From a bacterium (GTDB lineage: Bacteria > RBG-13-61-14 > DATKZS01), in assembly GCA_963674965.2 (NCBI GenBank), contig CAXXFL010000007.1, positions 352,001-416,000 on the forward strand: a DNA stretch of 64,000 bases, given 5' to 3'. The notes below the pieces were generated by a model. The model saw only the letters and a list, made by a program, of their open reading frames with translations, ran no database searches and was not told where the DNA came from. The position numbers and the translations under genes are program-made. Positions within the stretch are counted from its first letter, which is position 1. Each line of letters begins with the position of its first letter. Shown here in pieces: positions 46,503-54,718 of the stretch.

Positions 46503-48269
46503 TCAAAGCCTGACGTTGCCGTTGATTATGTCCGCGTAAAGGTCCTCCTCCAGGGGCACGTACTTCTTCGCGTGCCGGTCCCAGAAGTAAACCGGGTCCT
46601 TGATCTTGCCCGGGTCGAAGCCGTCCTTTCTCAGCCCGTACTTGATGTGCTTCATGGTCACCGTGGTGGGAAGCTCCTTGCAAAGGCGGATGAAAAGGGG
46701 ACGGGCGTAATGGGGAAGACACTCGTCAACGTACTCGGACACCGCGTCGCGGTCCCACTCGCAATCGAGCACCACCGCCGCCATGCCCGCCGCGCCCTCC
46801 TGGCCGGGAATCTGGACGCCGTAGACGTTAACGTCCGACACGCCCGGGCAGGAGTCCAGGATATACTCGACCTCCTTGGTGGCCACGTTCTCCGACTTCC
46901 AGCGGAAGGTGTCGCCCGACCGGTCCACGAAGCTTATCCAGTTGTCCTCATGCAGCTTGACCACGTCGCCGGTCACGAAGAACTCGTCCCACGAGTTGAA
47001 AACGCCCTTGACCAGTTTCTTCCTCGTCTCCTCGTCGTCGATGTATCCGTCAAAGCCAAGGAGGTTGAAGATGGAGTTGATGCGGCCGATGAGCATCCCT
47101 TCCTCGCCCTGCTCGACCTTGTCGCACCTTCCCTTTTCGTTCCTCATCAGGGCCTCGTTCTCCGGGTCCCATTTAACCACGTAGGCCTGGAGGGGCAGCA
47201 GCTTCCCCAGGAAACCGGGCCTGCCCTCGACGTTCATCACGCCCACGCTGGTCTCGGTGGCCCCGTAGAACTCGAATATCTTTTCGATCTCGAACCTCTT
47301 CTGGAAGGCCGTCCATATATTCGAGCGCAGGCCCACGGTGATGATCCTTTTGATCTTGTGCTTCTTCTCCTCGGGAGACTCGGGCTGGGCCATCAGGTAC
47401 CTGGGCATCTCGCCGATAAATGTCGCGCCCGTGGCCCCGAAGCGGATGGCCTCCTTCCAGTAATCCGAGGCCGAGAACCAGCGCCGAAGGCCTATGGCCG
47501 CGCCCGTGGCCATGGACCCGCCCCATCCCACGAACATGGCGATCGAGTGGTAAAGGGGAAGAGGAACGTAGATGACGTCGTCGTTCGAGAACTTGGACAG
47601 GGCGTAACCCAGGGCGTAGCCCGAGAAGAAAACCCGGCGGTTGCTCACGCGCGCCGCCTTGGGAAGCCCCGTGGTGCCCGAGGTGTAGATGTTCATGATG
47701 TGGTCGTCGAACTTGGGCTTGACCTTGTTTTTCGGCTCCGAGGCGGCGGCGCAGGAAACGGCCTTGCCCAGGTCGCGCGCCGCGTAGTCGCCCTCCGCCT
47801 CGCCGTCCCAAATCCAGACGTCCGACTTGGCCAGGGGCACGTCGCTCATGACGGCGTCCACGTGCTCGATGAGCGAGCGGCCCGACACGATCCATTTGGG
47901 GCCGCAAATGGTAAAGGCGTGGACAAGGGTCTTCTGCCGCAGGTTGGTGTTGATAAGCGACGCGACCATGCCGATCTTGTTAAGGCCGATTATAAGGGCC
48001 AGGTACTCGGGGCAGTTCTCCATGTAGACCGCCGCCACGTCGCCCTTTTTTCCGCCCAGGGCCGTGAAGTGGTTGGCCACCTTGTTGGCCAGGACGTTGA
48101 GTTCCTTATAGGTGAGTTTCCGGTCCTCGAAGAATATGGCCGTGTTGTCCGGCGTTTTGCTCGCCCACTTCTCGATGGTCGCGTACGTCGAGCACTCCCC
48201 TTTAATCAGGTGGTAAAAGGACACCAGAAGCCGCGCCCCTACCTTTACTTCCTCCCAACTAATAAACAT
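46503..48269 (-). CDS. Long-chain acyl-CoA synthetase, FATP/very-long-chain type
   Basis: Start ATG 48269; IYTSGTTGLPKAA, LPLYHS, EFYGATE, DRSGDTFRWKSENV. Confidence 0.9.
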   Translation of the reverse strand: MFISWEEVKVGARLLVSFYHLIKGECSTYATIEKWASKTPDNTAIFFEDRKLTYKELNVLANKVANHFTALGGKKGDVAAVYMENCPEYLALIIGLNKIGMVASLINTNLRQKTLVHAFTICGPKWIVSGRSLIEHVDAVMSDVPLAKSDVWIWDGEAEGDYAARDLGKAVSCAAASEPKNKVKPKFDDHIMNIYTSGTTGLPKAARVSNRRVFFSGYALGYALSKFSNDDVIYVPLPLYHSIAMFVGWGGSMATGAAIGLRRWFSASDYWKEAIRFGATGATFIGEMPRYLMAQPESPEEKKHKIKRIITVGLRSNIWTAFQKRFEIEKIFEFYGATETSVGVMNVEGRPGFLGKLLPLQAYVVKWDPENEALMRNEKGRCDKVEQGEEGMLIGRINSIFNLLGFDGYIDDEETRKKLVKGVFNSWDEFFVTGDVVKLHEDNWISFVDRSGDTFRWKSENVATKEVEYILDSCPGVSDVNVYGVQIPGQEGAAGMAAVVLDCEWDRDAVSEYVDECLPHYARPLFIRLCKELPTTVTMKHIKYGLRKDGFDPGKIKDPVYFWDRHAKKYVPLEEDLYADIINGNVRL

Positions 48270-48353
48270 GCCGACCGTCCTTTCATCGGCGCCCCGTTGG
48301 CGCCTTCTCCCGTTCTCCGCGCCGCTTTCGCGGCGGCCCATTCGGCCCCGATG

Positions 48354-49688
48354 CTAGAGTTGTTCCTTCATATAGGGGGTCCATTTCCTTTGTTTCGCCT
48401 TTTCGGCGACCACCTCGATAAACGCGTCTATCCTGCTCATGGTCTGGGCCTCGTTGAAGCTGGAGGGATCGACCATGTCGCTCTCGAGGAGGAGGCTGGG
48501 CGCTCCCAGTTCCTCCATCAAGGTATGCTGTATCTCCATCTGGTTGACGTAAAGAGCCCGGCAGGTGGGCGTGTAGCTGAGGATGGCCCCGTCGCAGTTG
48601 TAGTCCACCACCGCCTTGACCACCGAGGCCACCATGCCGTTCATGCCCCATTTCTCCGGCTCCCGGTTGGGGTTGCCGCTGGACTGGGCGGCGCAGCCGT
48701 AGGCCGTGTCGATGACCACTACCCCGCCCTTTTGCTCGAAGTAGTTGATCAGTCCCAGGTTGTACCAGAAGGGTATGCCGCTCCAGACCAGGCGGAACTT
48801 CTCATCCTCGACGATGCCGATCTTGTTATCCATCCGCTCCTTGACCTCGGCCCGAAGCCGGGAGTAAAAGTCGTCGGCCAGGGGCGTGCCCGGCATGTAC
48901 ATCCCCGGAAACATGGCCGCGAAGGCGTCGGCCGACCCCATGGGCGTGGGAATGGCCTTCCTGTACTCGTTGATCTCCCGCCTGATTTTGCTGACCCTGC
49001 CGCTGGCCTTCTGAATCTCGGCCAGGCGCTTGGCGTCCATTTTTTTGCCGCACACGTCCTCGAGGAACTTGATATAGCCGGCGTAGTTCTGGCCGCCGAA
49101 GCCCATGGTATGGGGGGCGTCCTTCCTGCCTATCTGGATGCCGGCCGTCTCCATGTCGCCGCCCGTGATGGTGGCGCCCTTCCTGCCGATGGGAGGCATC
49201 TCGGGGGCCTCGAGAACGTAAACGGGAACCTCCAGCATTTCGCCCATCAGCTCCCACCACTTGACCCGCGTGTCGCAAACGGCCGTGGTGGTGATGAGCA
49301 TGTCGGGCCGCTTCATGCCGCCGAGGGGAGCGTCCTCGGGGAACCCCTCGAGGATGTAGCCGATGGTGATGCGGGCGTAGCCGCACATCTCGCGGGAAAG
49401 TCCCCACTCCTCGGCGCGGCTGATGAAGCGGAACGGGTTGCCCCGGGTCGCCACCACCGTGCCGTACTGCTCCGGATAATAGGCCAGAACGTCCATGGCC
49501 TGCATGGGCTGCTTGGGCACCGCCACCCCGCACCAGGCTATCTTCTGGCCCGGGTCCCCCACCTTCTCCGCCCGCTCGGCGTAATAGTCCTTGACTATCT
49601 GAGATATCTCCTGAGTGGTCTTAAGGTGCTTTTTGCCCCGCATGCGGTTGGCTTTTTTTACCTCTTCCGAGTCCTTTAATTCGCTCAT
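48354..49688 (-). CDS. 2-hydroxyacyl-CoA dehydratase / class I benzoyl-CoA reductase family subunit (HgdA/FldB/BzdO-like)
   Basis: YYPEQ, MCGY, CDTRVKWW, TCR, ESDMVD, RIDAFIE. Confidence 0.85.
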   Translation of the reverse strand: MSELKDSEEVKKANRMRGKKHLKTTQEISQIVKDYYAERAEKVGDPGQKIAWCGVAVPKQPMQAMDVLAYYPEQYGTVVATRGNPFRFISRAEEWGLSREMCGYARITIGYILEGFPEDAPLGGMKRPDMLITTTAVCDTRVKWWELMGEMLEVPVYVLEAPEMPPIGRKGATITGGDMETAGIQIGRKDAPHTMGFGGQNYAGYIKFLEDVCGKKMDAKRLAEIQKASGRVSKIRREINEYRKAIPTPMGSADAFAAMFPGMYMPGTPLADDFYSRLRAEVKERMDNKIGIVEDEKFRLVWSGIPFWYNLGLINYFEQKGGVVVIDTAYGCAAQSSGNPNREPEKWGMNGMVASVVKAVVDYNCDGAILSYTPTCRALYVNQMEIQHTLMEELGAPSLLLESDMVDPSSFNEAQTMSRIDAFIEVVAEKAKQRKWTPYMKEQL

Positions 49689-50815
49689 TCCCCAAGTATC
49701 TCCGTGAACGCTTTTACGCGGTTGGTTATGGCCTCGTTAATCCCCGCCGTCTGGTCGCCCTGGATGTAGAGGACCTTGTGGCCCGCCTCCCGGGTCCGCT
49801 GGTTTAAAAGGGGATACTGGAACAACTGGGCGTCGCAGCAGCGCAGGATGTAGAAGATCACCCCGTCCACGGCGTAGTCGTCTCCCAGCGACAGGATATG
49901 CTCCCTCCTGGGCGCCATGGAGCCGACGCTTCGGGGACAGGGCAGCTTGTTAAGGTATCTTTTGGCCAGGGCGTCGATGGGCTTCTCGAGGTCTTCTCCC
50001 ACCTCGTCCCAGAAATAGCGGCTGCCGGTGCACACGTCGTCGGCCACCACCCAGGCTCCCGAGTCCTCGATCGCCCCGATCAGGTCCAGGTCCTCGAGCA
50101 TGCTGGCGGTCACGAGCACGCGGGGGCGTCTTTCCAGGCTCGACTCTTTCCCCTCCATTTCCGCCAGGTAATCCCTTGCCCATCGGTTGAAGTCTTCCCT
50201 CGGGGCCAGGATCGAGGCCAGGGCGACGGTAAAGGCGTCGCGGCCGCTGATGACGGGAGGGTTCGAGGCCCGGAGCCGGTAGACGCGCTTCATGAGCCTC
50301 CTGGTCTCGTCGTATATCTTGATGGCCTCCCGCAGGGAGTCGTCGGATATCTCAGTCCCCAGGTGGTTCTCGAGCTCCTTTTTCAGGCGCTTTATCTCGC
50401 CCACCATGACCGCCTGGGCGTTCTTGTCGAACACCTTGTGGGGCACCCACACGTAATGTATGAAATCGGGCGATTCCATGCGGTAGGCCCACAGGTCGTA
50501 CATCTTGGTTATCACGTCGCAGGCGTGAGGCACGACCAGCCCGTCCAGGTAGTCGAAGACTCCCTGCAGGGCCTGCTCGAAACAGCGTCGGGAAAAGGAG
50601 CAGACGTTGGACTGGAGGTGGTTGTCCGCTTTTTCCACGTTGCCCACCCCGCCGGTTATACGGATGGTATCGTAGCCCGCCGCGTAAAGGACCTCCTCGG
50701 GCACGTAGTCGCAGAAGTAACCCGCCAGCTTGCGGCCGGTCTCCTTTTTACGCCCGGCTATCCACTCGTGACGATTGGACACGACCTCGCGAAAGGGCGC
50801 CATTTTGTCGCTCAT
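49685..50815 (-). CDS. 2-hydroxyacyl-CoA dehydratase / class I benzoyl-CoA reductase family subunit (HgdB/FldC/BzdN-like)
   Basis: CDYVPEEVLYAAG, VCSF, ACD, DDVCTGSRYF, CCD, RVKAFTE; ATGA overlaps at both ends. Confidence 0.85.
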   Translation of the reverse strand: MSDKMAPFREVVSNRHEWIAGRKKETGRKLAGYFCDYVPEEVLYAAGYDTIRITGGVGNVEKADNHLQSNVCSFSRRCFEQALQGVFDYLDGLVVPHACDVITKMYDLWAYRMESPDFIHYVWVPHKVFDKNAQAVMVGEIKRLKKELENHLGTEISDDSLREAIKIYDETRRLMKRVYRLRASNPPVISGRDAFTVALASILAPREDFNRWARDYLAEMEGKESSLERRPRVLVTASMLEDLDLIGAIEDSGAWVVADDVCTGSRYFWDEVGEDLEKPIDALAKRYLNKLPCPRSVGSMAPRREHILSLGDDYAVDGVIFYILRCCDAQLFQYPLLNQRTREAGHKVLYIQGDQTAGINEAITNRVKAFTEILGE

Positions 50816-52638
50816 CTCCACGTCTCCAATACCTGCTCCCTCCCGTTTTGCCTGAACTCGTTCACCAGCGATTCCAAGTCGGATTTCATAAAGGGCCTGT
50901 ACCCGTCAAGGCCGCGCCTGGTGTGCCAAATGGTCCCCTCCGGCGCGTACTCGAGGTTGTAGTACTCGTGCTTGAGAGGACGGACCAGAATCTTCTGGGT
51001 GCGGGTGTACTCGAAATCGCTCACCACCCTGACGAAGTCGGGTTTCCATTTTCTGTCCATGTCCCCGCCCGAGGCCTGTCTTTCCATGTAGTCGTTGAAG
51101 GCGGCGGGATCGAAGGATTTTCCCTCCTTCATCTGGAGGGCGACCATGACCCACTCGTCCGACACCGGGCAGGGCACTCCGAAGGCCACGGCCAGCTCGG
51201 CGTCGGGAAAGGCGGCCGCCACCGAGGCCACGTTCTCGGCCGAGAAGTTCTCTCCGTCCTTTCTGATCCAGTCGTCGGTCCTGCCGTCGAAATACAGATA
51301 CCTTTTATTCGCCACCACCCTGATGTGGCCCAGGTCTCCCGAGTGGTAGACGCCGTCGCGTATTTTCGAGGAGGTGGCCTCGGGGTTGTTATGGTAGCCC
51401 TCGAAGGAGGGCAGGGCCCCGCCCTCCCTTACTATCTCTCCCACCGCCTCCTGGTAGTTGAGGAAGCGGCCCTTCTCGTCGTACTCGGCGGGCGGGCACT
51501 CCCGGCCGTGCTCGTTGAAAATCTTCACGTTGCGGTCCATGATGAAGCCCACGCTTCCGGGCGGGTCTCCCAGCCTTCTCACGGTGGCGATGGCCATCTC
51601 GGTGGTGCCGTATCCCTCCATCATGTCCTCGAGCCCGAAGTAGCGGGTGAACTTTTCCTGGTCCACCTGGGAGGCCCCGTTGCCGTAGGCCACGCGGAGC
51701 TTGTTGGCCGGGCTTTGGGCCACGTTTCTTACGATCTCCTCCTCGCTCCCGTACTTTTTCTCGAGGGCCAGGATAACGTAATGCACCGGCTGGCCCACGT
51801 AGTTCCAGTAGGTCACCCCGTATTTCAGGACGTCCTCGGAGAAGCCGCCGGCGCTGAAGCGGTCGCGGAGCACGGTCGAGGCGTTCCAGTGAAAGGCGCT
51901 CATCACGCCCAGGAACATGGCGTTCGAGTGGAAAAGGGGCATGCAGACGTAGCCCCGGTCGTTCTCCTTGAGCTGGAGGGCCACGCCCGTGGCCATGCCC
52001 AGGTTCATGAGCTTGCCTTGCGAGTTCCTGATGCCCTTGGGCAGCCCGGTGGTCCCCGAGGTGTAGATGATCATGAGGGTCGAGTCCATGGCCACCTCGG
52101 CCTCGGGCCGGACGAGGGCCTCGTCGCCCATCTCGCCTCTCAAGTCCGAAACCGCTTTGTCCAGGGGGGGAAGATCGGGGGGCACGAAGCCCTCCTTGCC
52201 CGTGTCCACCAGATAGGTCCGCTCGGGCGTTATGTACTCGAGGTTGTCCATGACGTCCATTACGCGGTCCTGGTGGCGGTCGTCGGTGATGAGGCTCCTG
52301 GCCTCGGACTGGTTGAGGACGTCCGCCAGCACCTGCCCCCTCAGGCCGGCGTTGACCCCGAACAGGGTCCCGCCGTTCAGGGCGCAGCCTCCATAGGCGA
52401 AGATAAAGGAGGGGTGGTTGTCCATGAACACGGCGGCGCGGGGGGCCCGATTGCCTCCGCCCGCTTTATTATGGTCCCTCCTGAAGAGGTGGGCGAAGGT
52501 GGAGGACTCCCGGTAAAAGTCCGCGTAAGCGTACTCCTTGTCCTGGAAGATGAAAAAGGTCTTGTCCTTTATTTTTTCGTCCAGGGCCTTGGCCTCCATC
52601 TGGTCGGCCACGGTCCTTTGAAACTTCTTTTCCGCCAT
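50812..52638 (-). CDS. AMP-forming acyl-CoA ligase (FadD17/FATP-related)
   Basis: Start ATG 52638; IYTSGTTGLPKG, MPLFHSNA, EGYGTTE, SGDLG, GRTDDWIRKDGEN. Confidence 0.88.
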   Translation of the reverse strand: MAEKKFQRTVADQMEAKALDEKIKDKTFFIFQDKEYAYADFYRESSTFAHLFRRDHNKAGGGNRAPRAAVFMDNHPSFIFAYGGCALNGGTLFGVNAGLRGQVLADVLNQSEARSLITDDRHQDRVMDVMDNLEYITPERTYLVDTGKEGFVPPDLPPLDKAVSDLRGEMGDEALVRPEAEVAMDSTLMIIYTSGTTGLPKGIRNSQGKLMNLGMATGVALQLKENDRGYVCMPLFHSNAMFLGVMSAFHWNASTVLRDRFSAGGFSEDVLKYGVTYWNYVGQPVHYVILALEKKYGSEEEIVRNVAQSPANKLRVAYGNGASQVDQEKFTRYFGLEDMMEGYGTTEMAIATVRRLGDPPGSVGFIMDRNVKIFNEHGRECPPAEYDEKGRFLNYQEAVGEIVREGGALPSFEGYHNNPEATSSKIRDGVYHSGDLGHIRVVANKRYLYFDGRTDDWIRKDGENFSAENVASVAAAFPDAELAVAFGVPCPVSDEWVMVALQMKEGKSFDPAAFNDYMERQASGGDMDRKWKPDFVRVVSDFEYTRTQKILVRPLKHEYYNLEYAPEGTIWHTRRGLDGYRPFMKSDLESLVNEFRQNGREQVLETWR

Positions 52639-52679
52639 GTCTGGTCCCTTCGCGGTTATTTTTATTGGGGGTGGGCCGT

Positions 52680-53657
52680 TCAGGCCTCGCCCTTTTCCCT
52701 GGCCACCTCGGCCAGGCGCTTGGCCTCGATGGTCTTGACCAGCCCATACATGGTCTCGTTGACCGGCGTGGGCACGCCGTGCTCCTGGCCCAGCTTGATG
52801 ATGGCGCCGTTTATATAGTCGATCTCGGTGACGCGTCCGGCCTCGATATCCTGGAGCATGCTCGGCTTGGGGGGGGAGAAGGTCTTGACCTTGGCCGCCA
52901 TCTTCGCGCCCATCATGATCATGTCGATGAAGTTGCGCTGGTGCTTGATCTTCACGCCCATGGCGTCGGACAGGGCGAAGTACTCGTTGGCCAGGCCCTT
53001 GAAGACGGGCCCGATGGACTCGGTGTTGGCCATGTCGATGACGTTCATGCCCGTGACCGCGGCGGTGCAGTTGAGGACGGCGTTCCACAGTATCTTGTTC
53101 CACACCACCTCGTCGGCGGTGTCGTAAATCTTCACCGGCAGCTTGAGGGCCTTGAGGGCCGCGGCCAACTCCTCGAGGCGGGGCGTCTTGCCGCCGGCCA
53201 TGGGGCCCAGGTCCACGCCGTCGGCGCCGGGGAAATAGACGATGTGAGTGGGGGCCTCGACCAGGAAGTTATGGGCCGTGGTCACGGCCACAATGCGCTC
53301 GGGCTTGCCCACGGCCTCCTCGATGACCTTGAGGTTTCCGTAGCCGTTCTGGAAGCTGGCCACCATGGTATCGTCGCCGATCACGGACCTGGCGCCCTCA
53401 ACGGCGGCCTTGGTGTGGTAGGCCTTGGTGCCCAGTATGACCACGTCCGGCTTGCCGGCGTCGGCCAGGTTGGCGGTGATGTTGACCTTGTACTCGCCGC
53501 TTTTACCGCCGGCCTGGCTGATGGTAAGGCCCTTTTCCTTTACCTGCCTGACGTAGTCCTCGCGCACGTCGTAAAGGGTCACGTCGGCCCCGGCCTCAGT
53601 TAAAAAGGCCCCGACGAAACCGCCCAAAGCTCCCGCGCCAACGATCAATAACTTCAT
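52680..53657 (-). CDS. PanE/ApbA-family ketopantoate reductase-like 2-oxoacid reductase
   Basis: GAGALG, TKAY, QNG, WNK...N, SMLQD...TEIDYING. Confidence 0.9.
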   Translation of the reverse strand: MKLLIVGAGALGGFVGAFLTEAGADVTLYDVREDYVRQVKEKGLTISQAGGKSGEYKVNITANLADAGKPDVVILGTKAYHTKAAVEGARSVIGDDTMVASFQNGYGNLKVIEEAVGKPERIVAVTTAHNFLVEAPTHIVYFPGADGVDLGPMAGGKTPRLEELAAALKALKLPVKIYDTADEVVWNKILWNAVLNCTAAVTGMNVIDMANTESIGPVFKGLANEYFALSDAMGVKIKHQRNFIDMIMMGAKMAAKVKTFSPPKPSMLQDIEAGRVTEIDYINGAIIKLGQEHGVPTPVNETMYGLVKTIEAKRLAEVAREKGEA

Positions 53658-53773
53658 GTTCTTACCTCCATGCGTCTGATGGATAATCGCGCCGTCCCGT
53701 GCCCTTTGGGCCTTGGAACGTTAGCCGGTTTTAATTAATGTCCGGCTTATCTCAATTTTAAATATCTTAGCCT

Positions 53774-53961
53774 GGAGCCTCTTGCAAAATTCCCGCTTTG
53801 GAGTGCGGCGGCTCGACGCCGCTTTTCTTCCGAGCGGCTTGACGCGAGGCAAGCCGGTGTATTAATAGGCCTTGTCAAGCCAAAGCCCTCGAAAGCGGTC
53901 TCAAGCGACCGCACTCCAAAGCGGCTATGCCGCAAAGAAAAGGACTTTTGCAAGAAGCTCC
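53774..53961. mobile_element. MITE-like element (about 188 bp) enclosing a REP doublet (REPIN)
   Basis: 20-bp TIRs GGAGCCTCTTGCAAAATTCC and GGACTTTTGCAAGAAGCTCC (18/20); inner inverted 33-bp REP copies at 53793-53825 and 53892-53924. Confidence 0.7.
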
Positions 53962-53985
53962 CTAGTCTCGTATTTCTTATCCATA

Positions 53986-54013
53986 AATATATCAAACGTT
54001 ATTTCCAGTTCAA
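53986..54013 (-). promoter_or_regulatory. Proximal promoter/operator of the operon
   Basis: Minus strand TTGAAC-N16-TATATT with extended -10 TG; operator ATATCAAACGTTAT at 53989-54002. Confidence 0.6.
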
Positions 54014-54125
54014 CAAAAAAACGGCCCTTTCAAAACGACAATTAATGAGGCCTGTATTTTCCGATCCCGCCGCCGCGACTCGCGTTCTCCTCGTCCCGCA
54101 AGTTAGAGCCTTTTAATGAAGCATT

Positions 54126-54153
54126 AATATATCAAACGTTATCTGGATGTCAA
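54126..54153 (-). promoter_or_regulatory. Distal promoter/operator of the operon
   Basis: Minus strand TTGACA-N16-TATATT with extended -10 TG; identical 17-mer AATATATCAAACGTTAT 140 bp from the proximal copy. Confidence 0.65.
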
Positions 54154-54223
54154 CCCCGAATAACAAGAAGCGAAAATATTATGCCCGCCGGAAACCAAAA
54201 ACCAAAAAAACGCCGCGGCGGGG

Positions 54224-54703
54224 TCAAGGAAACCAAAGATCGCGCTCCACGTTTTCCAGATTTCCCTTTTCGTCAATGGTCCAGACGTCGCATTGGAGGT
54301 CGGGGTCAACGTTGCCGACGCCGTATATGGGAAAGCCCGTCCTGGAAGGAGTGGGAGGATCGAAATCGCATACCCAAAATTTCCGCGTCGCCTCGATCAT
54401 ATCGGACCCGCAATAGTAGCTATAACTGATGTTTCCCTCAGGTCCCCAGCCCAAGGCGGAAAAACAATCCGGCCCCGAGGCGAAAACGCCGTTAGCCGCG
54501 TGATAATTTTCCTGGGCCTTGTAGATGTCCCGGAGAATGTGTTTAACCTCGGCTTGAACGGTCTTGGCGTTTTGATCCTCGGCCACCTTGACCACGAACA
54601 TGATAACCAATACCCAGATTATGGGGGGAACCTGTATCGAAACGGCGATTATAAGATATCGCCTCTTTTTGGAAGGCGCCCGGTATTGCCCCATCTGGCC
54701 CAT
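54224..54703 (-). CDS. Pilin-like protein (Myxococcus PilA-like head) lacking the G|FxxxE prepilin site
   Basis: TM helix then QAEVKHILRDIYKAQENY...LGWGPEG...YSY...GNVDPD..CDVWTI. Confidence 0.6.
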   Translation of the reverse strand: MGQMGQYRAPSKKRRYLIIAVSIQVPPIIWVLVIMFVVKVAEDQNAKTVQAEVKHILRDIYKAQENYHAANGVFASGPDCFSALGWGPEGNISYSYYCGSDMIEATRKFWVCDFDPPTPSRTGFPIYGVGNVDPDLQCDVWTIDEKGNLENVERDLWFP

Positions 54704-54718
54704 CCGCAAAGGTCCTTG

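Noticed and set aside
46572-49679. 1035-aa plus-strand ORF
   Set aside because: Antisense shadow of the ligase and dehydratase genes; no motifs, and long antisense ORFs are expected with GC-rich codon usage
50848-52818. 656-aa plus-strand ORF, and similar antisense ORFs such as 21639-23057 and 174-1421
   Set aside because: Each lies opposite a well-supported gene and has no recognisable features
42384-53657. Selenocysteine readthrough or gene fusions suggested by upstream ORF extensions in the operon
   Set aside because: Each gene has its own SD/ATG and a complete C-terminus; the extensions are off-frame GC-rich read-through
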